In this document: piece after piece, positions 1 to 12,141 of the stretch
Layout: each line of letters opens with the position of its first letter
Position numbering within the stretch: the stretch's first letter is position 1
Source of the DNA: Azolla caroliniana
Taxonomy: Eukaryota; Plantae; Polypodiophyta
Assembly (NCBI GenBank): GCA_043228905.1
Contig: JBHGNT010000004.1
Span: forward strand, 11,408,001 to 11,472,000
Length of the DNA: 64,000 nt
Reading direction: 5' to 3'
The notes under the pieces: model-generated
The model's database searches: none
What the model saw: only the letters and a program-made list of their open reading frames with translations
What the model was told of the DNA's origin: nothing
Position numbers and translations under genes: made by a program

Positions 1-566
1 TTTAATGTCTTACCATTGCACTAGCATTTCATTAGTGTTAAAAAAGTAGTCATCCCACATAGAAGGGTAAGTGCACGCTAGGATAAACTTTAGTTAGAAG
101 AAAACGCATGATAAAAGCTACGCATGCACATGTAGCATGCATAAACACCATAATCGATAAAAACGCATCAAAATTAGAAAAAGTAGGATCACTTTAGAAA
201 AAGCATAGAGTCTATCTATAGAAAAAGCATGGATTGTTAAGACTTTCTCATCACTATATAAGGATGGGGAGCACAACGTAAGGGGGTGTGAAATATTTGG
301 AAATTGGATATATTTCCTAAAACCCCAATTAATAAAATATAATCGTGGGATTCACGAAGTTTTATATAATCTATCTCTTCCAATCTCTGATAAATTGTTA
401 TTAGGATTCTAAATATTAATAAATCTGATAATCTATACTTGTGGGATTCACGGCCTTCCGGTTTACGCACTGATACGACCATGTTATGTGTACCGATTTA
501 CGCACCCAGTCTATGCACTGGGTTATGCATCGTATTATGCACGAATGTTGAGCTTGTGTCTCAACA
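1..566 (-). repeat. 3' LTR (probably incomplete in window) of Ty1/copia family E
   Basis: On the minus strand the polypurine tract GAGGGGGAA is followed by TGTTGAG at 566. The TGTTGAG..CTCAAC start is shared with the LTRs at 24884 and 53904. The far end is not identified. Confidence 0.65.
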
Positions 567-1440
567 TTCCCCCTCAAGTTCAACTTGAGGTTCCACCTGC
601 TCCGCTGGATCTACGCTCCGGTTCCTTCTGACTTCACGCCTCGCTCGCGCTCCTCGACCCGTTCGATTCTGTGCACCTCGACCCTTCCAGTCGGCTTGTC
701 TGCTTACACGGCCCTTCTCAATTTCCTTGATGTTGCGGTGTTGGCGCCTCTTCTGTTGCCTTCTCTTCTGCTTGGCCCTTGGTTGATTCAGCGTATCGGA
801 ATCAAACATCCCAACCGACTCGGCTTCCTCCGATCGGTTTTCTCTCTCGTCCGAGTTGGCTATCTCTAACTCGTCTTCGGTCTTCTTGCCCTTGATGGCT
901 TCGTCTCCCCCACGCTCTGTTGGCTTCGGCTCTTTCTTCTGTCTACTCCCCTTATGTCCGCGTTCGGACTCTTCCGCGGATCCGCCCTCGGCTTCTTCAG
1001 CCGATCCGAAATCGAGTTCGTCATCCGACTCGGTGTCACGGTCTTTTCCGCTCCTTTCTTGCTCCTTTCCGTGGTCATCATGGACATCTCTCCCCCTGAA
1101 GTTCGGCACGTCGAGGTGATGCAACCCAAGCGCACCCGAGAATTGCCGCAACTTGTCCAAACCAAGAGGCTTGGTGAAGATGTCGGCGTTTTGCCGATCC
1201 GTCGAACCATACTGAAGTTCGACTTCACGAGAGAGGACACGCTCTCGGATGAAATGGTAGTGCACCTCAATGTGCTTAGTGCAGGCGTGGAAGACAAGGT
1301 TCTTAGCTAGCTGGATGTTGCTGAGGTTGTCGCAGTAGATTGTCGTTGGATCGGTATCTCCACCTGTAGATCCTTAAGTAGCCGCTTCAACCATATGGCT
1401 TCGCATGTTGCAACAACCGCTCCTCTATACTCGGATTTGG
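561..1440 (-). pseudogene. pol: Ty1/copia pol C-terminus (RNase H plus long charged tail), truncated
   Basis: HYHFIRERV..ADIFTKPLG copia RNase H motifs. About 180 aa acidic-then-basic extension ending ELEGEC-stop inside the LTR. Confidence 0.9.
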
Positions 1441-2233
1441 TGAAGCACATCTAGCGTAGGTACCACTGGATCTGGGAGCGAGTAGAAGATCGAGAGTTCA
1501 TGCTGACGAAGATCCACACGGAGGAGAACGGGTCACATATGCTGACCAAGGTGCTGACACCCGACAAGCTGGACACATGCCGGAAGCAGATCGGACTGAC
1601 GAGGCATCCCATATCGGAGTGAAGGAGGAGTTTGTTAGGATTTCGGTGCCTCTGGATGGTATGATGAAGGCCCGGTGAGAACCGGATGATGAATACCTGG
1701 CAAGGAAGACCCGGTGAGAACCAGATGTTGCAGGCCCGGTGAGAACCTCTCACCAAATGAAGGGACATATATGTAAACATGTTCCAAAGAGTCCATTGGG
1801 GCTATATTTGTAAATAGCCCAAAAGTCATATTAGTATAAATATGACCTAGGGCAAACTCTTGAGTGGGTTGTTGTCATTATCATTGTATAGAGTTATGGT
1901 GTGTAACTACTGTACACACAGAGAGAGAGAGAGATAGAGAGAGATATAGAGCGAGTCTCTGTTGTAACTACCGCCAGGCAAAGATTGTGAGCAAGAGGTT
2001 GTTGCCTCTGTGTTCACCTGTTGTATTCCTCTCGACATAGTGATAGTTGGAGTTTTGTGGACTCCTGTGGTTTTTCCCATTTAGGGTTTTTCACATAAAC
2101 ATACTATGTCATCTCTCTCATATTGTCTGTGTGTACGTGTATTCACCTCCATTCCCATTCTCGGTGTTCGATTCGAAACGACACGATCTGAGACTCGGTT
2201 GTGGCCGAGTAATATTCCGCATATTTCGCGTAA
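1441..2233 (+). mobile_element. Ty1/copia family D 3' remnant: end of RNase H, PPT and LTR (1633-~2233)
   Basis: KHI.RRYHWI..KIHTEENGS.MLTK motif. PPT GAAGGAGGAG is followed by TGTTAGG. The LTR is homologous to those at 4609, 29143, 32159 and 40276. Confidence 0.85.
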
Positions 2234-2483
2234 TTGTGGTAGGGTACACATCCGCATTAAGCCGAGGGGAATCCGCATTGTCGTAATATCCCTGCTCTCT
2301 ACGGCTAGTTGGAATTGGTCGTATCCTGAATATAGATCACCAACCGAATAGATTGACCTTCCAGTGAAGGCTTTTGCGAACTCATCAATGGTCGGCCTGA
2401 TTCCCGTGTTTCGGATGGTCACTTTATTGACCCGCTGCAGGTCTTTAATGAAGCACAACGTGTCGTTCTTCTTTGGCACCGTA
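2234..2483 (-). pseudogene. pol: Ty3/gypsy family C reverse transcriptase fragment (continuation of 18914-21791)
   Basis: PKKNDTLCFIKDLQRVNKVT..DLYSGYDQ..MCTLPQ joins PYSNRWFTV at ~18915-18940 once element B is removed. Confidence 0.85.
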
Positions 2484-2956
2484 TGTCAAGGTCGTAGCCA
2501 AAGACAAGTTTAACATGAAGAAAAGAATGAGAAATAGAAAATAAGAGAGGAATGAGATAGAAATAAGATATTGAAAATGTATTAGCAATGAGAACAAGGG
2601 TTACAAGAGTATGCCGAAGACTGGCGTTGAACCGGAATGGTTCATCAATAGTTCGCTATATGTTTATATAGCATGCTTTGGATACATGCATGCTCGCCAC
2701 CTCATAGGCACACATGCTCGCCATTTGTCATTCATGCAAGCATGCCACTTGGCATTCATGTAATCATGCATTAGCCTATGCGGTGGCAACGTTTCACACT
2801 ATTAGGTATATTTCTTCATGATCTAATATAAGAATTTACAATTTAATAAATGTAATATGATGTATCCTAGTGGTTGAAGCTATACATTATCTTTGACAAG
2901 GTCATGGGTTCGAATCCTTATTACAAGACTTGGAGTTTTGGTATATGTTCATGACA
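2484..2956 (-). repeat. Family B 3' LTR
   Basis: Highly similar to 18441-18913 and preceded by a PPT on the minus strand. Confidence 0.95.
2856..2939 (+). promoter_or_regulatory. tRNA-like Pol III A-box/B-box cassette, antisense within family B LTR (second copy ~18813-18896)
   Basis: A box TATCCTAGTGG at 2863, B box GGTTCGAATCC at 2907, TTTT at 2936-2939, and TATAAG about 28 nt upstream of the predicted +1. Confidence 0.65.
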
Positions 2957-4568
2957 TTATCCCCTTCCTTTGACGACGAGTTCCACGAGTCGCAATGCAT
3001 GAACTAGGAGTTGGCTTATTTGGATATCGTTGATGAAATTCAGCTACCAGTTCTTTGGTATTATTGAGATTTTCAGCTGGCTCCCACGTTCGATCCGCAG
3101 GTGTATAACCCAGCCAATCAACAAAGTAATATAATTTGTTCTTCACAACTTTGGAGTCCAAAATGGATTTTACTTCATATTCAGGGCTTTCATCAAGCTC
3201 AATAGAAGGTGGAGGGGGAACAATGCGATCTGGAATAGAGTTTGAAGTATAAGGTTCCAAGAGTGAGACATGGAACACTGGGTGAAGACGCATATGAGGA
3301 GGGAGATCAAGTTGAAAAGCAACTCCATTGATATGTTTAGTGATTAAATATGGACCAAGGCGTTGATAATCTAGCTTGTTACAAGGCCTAGTGGTCTTCA
3401 CATTACGTTGTAAGAGCCATACACGATCTCCAACTTGAAATTTGGGTTTTTCTGGTGATGAGTTGAGTCGATGGCGATCTGCAAATTTCTTATGGGTGGC
3501 TTGAGTGTGATGCAAATGATGAGAAAAAGCAATATGAATTTCTCGGATATGATGTAGGTGATCCTCCACAACGGGGTTTTTCGAGATTCTTGGGTGGTCA
3601 AGAATTGTCCAACGGGGATGAAAACTCGTGTTGGCAAAGAAGGGAGTAATTTTGGTAGAAGAATGAACTGAATTGTTGTAAGAAAACTCCGCAAAATGTA
3701 AATAATCTACCCAATCATCTTGTTGATAATTGATAAAGCAACGAAGGTATTGTTCCACGGTTTGATTGATACGCTCGATTTGACCATCAGTCTCTGGGTG
3801 ATAGCTTGACGAGAGTTTACAATCAATTTGGAGGAGCCCAAACAAGTGTTTCCAAAATGTTGAGATAAATTGTGGTCCTCGATCACTAATGATGTCATCA
3901 GGAAGACCATGATGCCAAAACACTTCACGCATAACCAAATCTGCCATCTCTTGACTGTTAATAGTCTTTGTGCATGGTAGAAAATGTGCCATCTTCATGA
4001 ACCGATCTACAATAGTCAGGATGGAAACAAAATCTTTGGAAGATGGAAGATCAATAACGAAATCCATAGATATAGACTTCCAAGGACCATCAGGAACTGG
4101 TAAGGGTTGGAGTAAACCATATGGTTGATGTCGAGGACACTTGGACCGACAACATGCATCACAACTACGAATGTAGTTTTCAACATAATTACGAAGATGC
4201 GGCCACCAATAATTTCTAGAAACTAATTCCAATGTTTTGTGAACTCTAAAATGTCCAGCCATTGGCATGTCGTGGCAATGTTGTAAAATAAGGAGTCGAG
4301 AGCGGCCATCAGGGACATAAAGCAAATTATTTTGAAAAAGTAAATTATCATGCCAACTGAACTGATTATAATCTTTACGAGAATTCATCGACCTTGAACA
4401 AAAAGCAAGATCTGGAATAATATGATTCAAGACATCTTGGGCAAATTCATCTGCTTCAAGATCAGTACGAATCGTACTTATAAGTATCGAGTCCGTAGGT
4501 GTCTTAAAAGCATTAGTGACCATCACTTGTAAACGATCGACCAAGGAGGATCTGCTTTTGATGATCAA
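2949..4568 (-). CDS. pol: Family B integrase with C-terminal chromodomain
   Basis: Zinc finger (HD..AGH..CDAC), SMDF/SDRG/ERIN catalytic DDE core, GPY/F motif, and chromodomain YEVKSILDS..YFVDWLGY..TWEP. Confidence 0.95.
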   Translation of the reverse strand: MIIKSRSSLVDRLQVMVTNAFKTPTDSILISTIRTDLEADEFAQDVLNHIIPDLAFCSRSMNSRKDYNQFSWHDNLLFQNNLLYVPDGRSRLLILQHCHDMPMAGHFRVHKTLELVSRNYWWPHLRNYVENYIRSCDACCRSKCPRHQPYGLLQPLPVPDGPWKSISMDFVIDLPSSKDFVSILTIVDRFMKMAHFLPCTKTINSQEMADLVMREVFWHHGLPDDIISDRGPQFISTFWKHLFGLLQIDCKLSSSYHPETDGQIERINQTVEQYLRCFINYQQDDWVDYLHFAEFSYNNSVHSSTKITPFFANTSFHPRWTILDHPRISKNPVVEDHLHHIREIHIAFSHHLHHTQATHKKFADRHRLNSSPEKPKFQVGDRVWLLQRNVKTTRPCNKLDYQRLGPYLITKHINGVAFQLDLPPHMRLHPVFHVSLLEPYTSNSIPDRIVPPPPSIELDESPEYEVKSILDSKVVKNKLYYFVDWLGYTPADRTWEPAENLNNTKELVAEFHQRYPNKPTPSSCIATRGTRRQRKGIMS

Positions 4569-4608
4569 AAGTAGGCTCCCCTAAACAGGGTGCCATGTAC
4601 GAACGTCG

Positions 4609-4924
4609 TGTTAGGAAACAGGTCCCTTCGGATGGGAAGTGAGAAGAACAGTACTGGCCGAGGCCGAAACCGGACGTGGAGTACCCGGCAACGGAAGACC
4701 CGGTGAGAACCGGATGAGGAGTACCCGGCAAGAGCCGGATGGTGCAGGCCCGGTGAGGAGCGCTTACTAGATGAAGGGACATATTCGTAAATATGTTTCT
4801 GAGAGTCCACTGGGGCTATATTTGTAAATAGCCGAAAAGTCATATTAGTATAAATATGACTTAGGGCAAACTTAGTATTGTGAGGATTGTCATTCTTGTT
4901 GGTGCAAGAAGAGACGCGTAACTG

Positions 4925-4974
<50 letters not shown>

Positions 4975-5245
4975 GAGGTCGTTGCCTCTGTTGTAACCGC
5001 CGCCTGTGGCAAAGATCGTGAGCACGAGGTCGTTGCCTCCGTGAGCTCATTGTTGTAAGCATTGTGATATAGTGATAGTTTGCAGTATGTGGGCTGCCGT
5101 GGTTTTTCCCTAGTTTGGGTTTTCCACGTTAACATCCTGTGTACTCTTCTCTCCATTGTGTTGTGCTTTCATTCCCATTTTCTGTGTTTGATTCTAGGCT
5201 CGGTTGTGGCCGAGCGTTGTTCATCGGATCGAGTAGTTCCTGTCA
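4609..5245 (+). mobile_element. Solo LTR of copia family D inserted in family B pol
   Basis: TGTTAGG...CCTGTCA with perfect TSD CGTCG (4604-4608, 5246-5250). It splits the ALSRR|SY motif. Confidence 0.95.
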
Positions 5246-6708
5246 CGTCGAGATAGCGCATCTGCCTTTCCCTGGTGTATAGCGGGGCGATACACAATCA
5301 AGAAATCAAAGCGTGTAAGAAATTGTGCCCAACGTGCCTGTCGACGATTTAAGACTCGAGCTTTCTGGAAATACGTTAGGTCCTTGTGATCATTATAGAC
5401 AATGATTTGATGGGGAGAACCTTCCAAGAAGTGGCGCCAATGCTCAAAAGAGTTGACAATAGCCAAAAGCTCCTTGTCGTGAATCTCATAATTAATTTCC
5501 GCAGCTTCAAATTTTCGCGAATGAAAAGCAACTGGATATAATAGCCCATTTTCTTTGGGTTGTGACAGGACACTCCCGAGTGCAAAATCTGATGCATCAA
5601 CTTCCAAAATAAAAGGCTTGTCTTGGTCAACATGGATCAAAATAGGAGCTGATGTGAACGCATGTTTTAGGCTTTCAAATGCCTCAGCAGCACTAGAATT
5701 CCATATGAATGGTTGGTTTTTATGTGTTAATTGTGTAAGAGGCAACACCTTCTTTGAGTAGTTCTTGATGAATTTGCGATAAAAATTCGCAAATCCCAAG
5801 AAACACTGGACATCACGCACAGATTGTGGTGTTTCCCACTCTATAATTGTTTGCACCTTTGTTGGATCCATCGATATTCCTTCTGGTGATACTATGTATC
5901 CTAGGAATTCCACTTGGTTGCGATCAAAACTACATTTCTCGAGTTTAACATAGAGATCATATTCTTGTAATTGTTGTAGAACTTGGCATACATGCTCATC
6001 ATGCTCTTCTTGAGTCTTGGAAAATATCAAGATATCATCCAAATAAATGATGGTGAATATATCCAAGAAATCTCGGAAAATATCATTGGCCATATGCTGA
6101 AAAACCGCAGGAGCATTTGTAAGACCAAATGGCATAACTGTATACTCAAAATGCCCATATCGAGTGCGAAATGCAGTTTTCCATTCATCACCCGGACGAA
6201 TTCGAACTAGATTATAAGCACCTCTAAGATCGATCTTTGTAAAGTATTTGGCTCCACTCAACCGCTCCAAAAGTGTTGGTATTAAAGGGAAGGCATACCT
6301 ATTTTGAATTGTGATTTTGTTTAATCCTCGATAATCTACGACCAAACGAAGAGATCCATCTTTCTTCTTGACAAAAAATATTGGTGCGCCAGCAGGAGAT
6401 TTGGAATGACGAATAAATCCAGTAGCTAAATTTTCATCGATATAGTCGCGAAGAACCTTGAGCTCTGCAGGTGATAAACTATAAATGGGTCCCCATGGTG
6501 GATCTTTTCCTGGCTGAAGATCAATAGGACAATCATAAGGTCGATGTTCTGGGAGTCTATCAACTTTGTCCTTATTGAAGACATCTTGGAATTCTTGATA
6601 CTTGGTTGGAAGAAAGGTACTCGACTTTTGTTGAGTTGGTGTTGGCATTGTTATTATCGCAAATATAAACATTTCTTCTTTGTCTCCCTCTTGGCGTAAG
6701 TTTTCCAA
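5246..6708 (-). CDS. pol: Family B reverse transcriptase and RNase H
   Basis: [34 protein letters not shown] and KELLA motifs. Confidence 0.95.
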
Positions 6709-6788
6709 AGATATTGTTGAGATCTGATGGCATTCTAAATTTGGGTTATAAGTAATAGGGAAATCTGATATATGGTTTTTCTTGGATT

Positions 6789-7217
6789 CTAGGATAACTC
6801 GTTTTCTCCAGTCAATCTAGGGGTTGTGAAGCTCAAACCAAGGTATACCAAGGACAATCGGATGCTCCGGACTAAATCGCCAAGAACTACACGAACTGAT
6901 TCAGACTCTTCAATTATATTTCCAGAGGCAATGGGTCGACCATCTATTACTGTGACTGATACTGGACAATGCAATGGTTTTAATAAGATATTATGTGTCA
7001 AGGCAAAATTCCGGTCCATGAAACAAGAGTTGGCTCTGGAATCTAAGAGAGCATATGCGAAGACATGATGACATCTACAGGTACTAAGCTCGACATGTGC
7101 GACAAAAACCCTATTAACTTGGTTCGATGAAATTGAACCATTACTATGGACTAACTCTACAAATTCTGGGTTATCCAACCAAATGGCTCCTATTTTGGCT
7201 GGATTTACTCATTTAAC
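6789..7217 (-). pseudogene. pol: Family B aspartic protease, reached by a putative -1 frameshift
   Basis: ALLDSRANSCFMD (DSG-type site, mutated). Frameshifted downstream. Confidence 0.85.
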
Positions 7218-7893
7218 ACCTCATCTAGTTGGCTAAGTACTTCAAAACGATTTGAAGGTGTAGGGCTATTAGGATTGCTAGATGTATTTGGAGAATCGAG
7301 ATCCAATTTAGTACTAGCACTTACTTGGTAAACTTGACACCTAGGTCGTGTCATGATATGGCAAGACTCGAACCCATGACCTTAGGTTATATGAGTCGAG
7401 CTCTTGACCATTAGATCATCTATTGTAATACGTAGAATATTATTTTCATTTACATTTTATTATAGGAAATTAGTGTATATTCCAGATTTCTTTGAAAACA
7501 CTATAAAAGAGGGCACTAGGCATTATGTTGACCCAAATTGGTTCAACGCCAATCTTAAGCCTTTTAGCCATCATTTTATATTCTCTTCATATAATACATA
7601 TCTCTCTTATCATCTCTCTCTCTCTCTCTCTAAGCTCTTTGTAAGTTCATTCCGGCCATCTTTTTCTACGTTCTATAACTCGTTGGAAAGCTCTTTGAGA
7701 GAGCTTTCTAAAGAATCTTCATTTACTTAATTCCGTTACCGTGGCGAGAAGTTATGAGCATTTTCATCCGCAGCCATCTTTGCCCCACGGTTCCTCAAAC
7801 GGAAGGTAGATTTTGAAGCCCTAAATCGAGTTAAAGGTACATTCTCTCTCCTTCCCTCTCTGTCTCTCTTTTCCCATAGGGTTTGTCCCTACA

Positions 7894-8763
7894 ATGGCAA
7901 ATACTCGTAAAACCGCCGCAAAGTTCGGGGGTATGATTGATAATGAGCCGAGATCACCAACAAATCTCGATTCTAATGCAATGGACAAAATGCTTATGAG
8001 TCACTTGATTTCTCTTCAAGAAACCATAAACAAACAAGGTGAAGAGATTAGGACGTTAATGAAAGAGAATACTAAGCTCCAAAGTGTTGTCATTGAGAAT
8101 GAAAGTCTTAAACAAGTGGTTGCAAAACTTCAAGAAGAGATTCAAGAATGTAAAAGAGCTTCTTTTGAAACAAATGAGTGCCTTAACAAGATTGAGTTAA
8201 AGGAATCATTAAAAGAAGAAAAATTAGACACGATGAGGCGGGATGTAAGTGAGATGAAAAATGTATGTACAACGAAGTCATGGGCCGATGTATGTGGTGG
8301 GGATGTGCTATCAAACTCATCTAATATGCATGTGATGTATCAAGAGAAGAATATAGAAAGCATAGATTTCCGAGAATTGAAAGAACGTGAACGACGATCA
8401 AAGAACATTGTCGTCCGTGGGATTAAAGAAGAGAGTATTGAAACACCCGCATCCCTTGGAAAGGTCATTGGTGAATTTTTTAGCATGCATTATGGGATGT
8501 CAGATGTGAATGTATATGGGGCACACCGAGTTGGGAAACATGGTGTTACTCGCTCCGGAGAAAGGCCTATTGTATGCACAATGACAGATGATACAAAGCG
8601 GCGGATCATACTCGAAAATAGTTGGGTATACCTCAAAGGTACACAATGCTTTGTCAGTGAAGATCGTACTATCTCACAACAAAATGCTCGTTGTAAAGCA
8701 TATGAAGAAAGATTGAAAAACAAGGTTAAGGATATGCCTAAAGATGGCAATGTAGGCAAATAG
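7894..8763 (+). CDS. LINE ORF1 (coiled coil plus RRM-like region)
   Basis: Uninterrupted 289-aa ORF with a heptad-rich N-terminal half. ERERRSKNIVVRGI..HRVGK..RPIVC..FVSEDRT is typical of LINE ORF1. Confidence 0.85.
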   Translation: MANTRKTAAKFGGMIDNEPRSPTNLDSNAMDKMLMSHLISLQETINKQGEEIRTLMKENTKLQSVVIENESLKQVVAKLQEEIQECKRASFETNECLNKIELKESLKEEKLDTMRRDVSEMKNVCTTKSWADVCGGDVLSNSSNMHVMYQEKNIESIDFRELKERERRSKNIVVRGIKEESIETPASLGKVIGEFFSMHYGMSDVNVYGAHRVGKHGVTRSGERPIVCTMTDDTKRRIILENSWVYLKGTQCFVSEDRTISQQNARCKAYEERLKNKVKDMPKDGNVGK

Positions 8764-11700
8764 GGACACGTGATCTATGAGACTAACCCACGACTTTTAC
8801 GACTATGCTTTTGGAATTGCAATGGATACCCATGGAATGCAGGATTTGGCATAGAGGAGTTCACCGATGACTCAGACATCACACTTCTTGTTGAAACATG
8901 GGAGCATGATACTCAAAGGATTCAAGGTTTAGGAAACTATAATGTACACTCTTTGATATGGAAGAAAAATCCAAGACAACGAAGAGGACAAGGAGGGGTG
9001 GCATGTTTGATTAAGAAGGAAATAGAGAAATATGTGTCAATCATAAAAAATGATGAAAATAAATGCTACATATGGCTCAAAATAGAAACACCTAATGATT
9101 TGCCCACTTTTGTAGTTGGATGTTACATTCCTCATCAAGATTCTAACTTTTATGCTTGTTTGGATAAAGATCAACCGTTTGCCAATCTAGAAGATGATAT
9201 TTCTTATTTCAAATCCAAAGGGGAAGTTATTATCTTTGGTGACATGAATGCTCGTACAAGAAGTTTCCAACTTGATTCACAAGAATCTTTCATGCCACAT
9301 ATCTCAAGGATGCAAGAGGATATGCAAATGTATAACCGCTCTTCTAGCGATGAAAAAGATCCAGACCAATTTGGGAAGTTACTCCTACAAATGTGCAATA
9401 GTACCGGATTGCTTATTGCAAATGGTATTTCCTTATGGCCCAACACTAATGGTTTTACATGTAGAAAACACAACGGAAATAGTGTGATTGATTATGTGCT
9501 ACTTTCCGAAGGTATTTTGGATCGTATACATAAATTCTCACTTGGTGAATGGACACTGGAATCCGATCATAGGCCTTTATGTATTGATCTCAAATGTATG
9601 CATAGGTTTGATTGTGAGAAGGCTATTGAAGATAATAAACAACCGCACTTGAGCATGAACCTTAAGCGAGCACCCATGTACTCCAAGATGGTTGAGGATA
9701 TGTTACAAATGACAAAGATACAACATGGTGCCACACTAGAATGCAAATGGGAAGCTTTCAAGAAAGTCATTCTCTCATGTACAAACAAATGTTTTTCGAC
9801 CAACCACACATCTTGGAAATGCACCAAGAAACTTAGGAAAAAATGGTTTGATAAAGAATGTCGTGAAGCTCGAAAGTGCCTTATGGTTTTGGATGTAGTT
9901 AAGGATAAAGAGAATTACCAAAAGCATTTGCATGAGTATAAAAGGCTTATTCAAAGAAAGAGAAGAATATGGGAAGTTACTCAACATTTTATCCAAACAC
10001 AAGAGAAAGCACATGCATGTGCTAAATTTTGGGGAAATCTAAAGGGAAAACGTGTTGAGAGTTATGGTGACTTAACTCTTCACGACTTGTCTATGCATTG
10101 TAAGAATTTATATGAGTTATCTCTTTCCGGAAAGATGATGTGTTATGGTTCTCTTTCACATATGCCTCCCTTCTTTACAATTGAAGATATATGCATAGGA
10201 CTTAAGAAATTGGCCTCTCAAAAGGCAAGCGATCTTCAATGTATAAAGGTTGAAATGCTCAAATGGACGGGAAATGAAGCACATATATGGATAAGCGATA
10301 TGTTTAATGATGCATTGCAACATGGTATGCCGTACGATTGGACTACAAATTGGATCAAACCTTTACATAAAGGTGGAGATATAAATAATGTAAACAACTA
10401 TCGAACCATCATGGTTGGCTCATTAATGGCAAAACTATTTGGATGTATAATGGAATCAAAGATAAGTGTATGGGCTGAAAAAAGTGGTAAGAGAGCTTAT
10501 GGACAAGCTGGCTTTTGGAAACACCATAGCACCATTGATCACCTTATCACCCTTCGAGTATTAATGGAGGAAAGTCGCCTTAGAGGTAAAGGTTTATATT
10601 GTTGCTTTGTAGACTTCAAGAAAGCTTTTGATATGGTACCTCGTGAGCATCTTTGGAGGCGAATGGAAGAACTTGAGGTGCCAAGTGAATATATGCTTGC
10701 AATTTCCCGAATTTATGAGAAGGTTATATGTTGTGTGCGCATGAGAGATAAACTTTCAGATTTTTTCAAAAGCATTATTGGTGTTAAGCAAGGATGCCCA
10801 CTCTCACCAACACTATTTGGTCTATGCATTGATGAATTGGAAGAAATGGTTACCAAGTTTGCAAAGGAAGAATGTGTTGAAGAAGTTGCCATTGGGAATG
10901 TTGTGATTATGCTTTTGCTATATGCAGATGATGTAGTGCTTTTTGCAAATACTTTAGGAGATGCACAAAAGCTTATGAAGGCATTGGAAAATTTTTGCAT
11001 GCATACTAAATTAAGTGTCAATAGCTCTAAAACAAAGATTATGCTTGTGAAGAGTCAAAAAAGAGATAAACCATGCATTATGTACAACAATGAGCCACTT
11101 AAATGTGTGGAAAGCTTCAAATATCTTGGCCTTGAAGTTCCTTCAAATCATAGATGGAATGAATGTGCTACACGCCGCTTAGAGGCGGGCAAGCGAGCAT
11201 ACTATGCATTTGAGAACACATGCAATCTTGGAGATATTAAGTGTTGGGTCCTCAAGAAATATCTTTTCGACACTTTGGTGACACCGGTTCTTCTCTATGG
11301 GGTGGAAGTATGGGGCGGTAGCATCCCTAAATCTATGGAAAGAGTTTGAAAATGTCCAAAAGCATTTTCTTACCAAGTTTCTACAAGTTAAGAAACAAAC
11401 GCCCTACACCCTCCTCCTCCTTGAGACGGGATCGCTTCCCATTGAGATCATGGCCATGGAAAGGGTTGTTGAATACATGCTTAAGGGTCAAAAAAGTCCC
11501 TCACATCGACTTCCTAGAATTGCGTGGGAAGCAAGCAAAAAGATCCAAAAGACGCATAAAAGCAAAATTTTGTGTTCCGGTTGGATGCAAGATATAGAAA
11601 AATGGTTTGGTAGATGGGATGCAAGACACTTGCTTCATGATGCATCATTAGATTCCTCTGTAAATGAGGCATTTTTGCAACACCAATGTATCATGACATG

Positions 11701-12141
11701 GGACAAATTTGGAGGCTCACGCTTCACACATTATACTACACATGTTGCACCTAACTACAAAACCATATTCTTTGCGGAACGGGGAAATCGTACACATCCA
11801 TACATGTTAGAGCCCATAACGTTATCTTCCATTCGAACCATTGCTTCCATGCGACTAGGTCACATGCATTGCAATGTGAAACAGGGCGTTGGGGTACAAG
11901 TGATGAGAGTGGCCAGCTATGCACACTTTGCCCTAAACAAGTTCGCGAGTCTGAGTATCACACTTTGATACAATGCTCTGCCTTTGATCATATTCGACCA
12001 TGCTTTCCACATCTCTTCGATCGAGCCCAATATTTGCATGAATTCCTCTCACAACCACAATGTGCACTCTCGATTGCAACATACATTGGTAAAGTTCTTG
12101 AGCATCGAGAGTCACTACTCACTTTCACACATATCACGTGA
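8764..12141 (+). CDS. LINE ORF2: AP endonuclease, RT and CCHC knuckle; two frameshifts near 11330 and 11860
   Basis: WNCNG, ETW, GDMNAR, IDY and SDH (APE). FVDFKKAFD, GVKQGCPLSP and YADD (RT). CTLC..HTLIQC. Confidence 0.93.

Noticed and set aside
234-480. Small separate insertion inside the first LTR (GTGGGATTCACG repeated)
   Set aside because: No TSD or clear termini were found.
2856-2930. Functional tRNA gene
   Set aside because: A and B boxes are present, but acceptor and anticodon stems do not form. Kept only as a tRNA-like promoter cassette.
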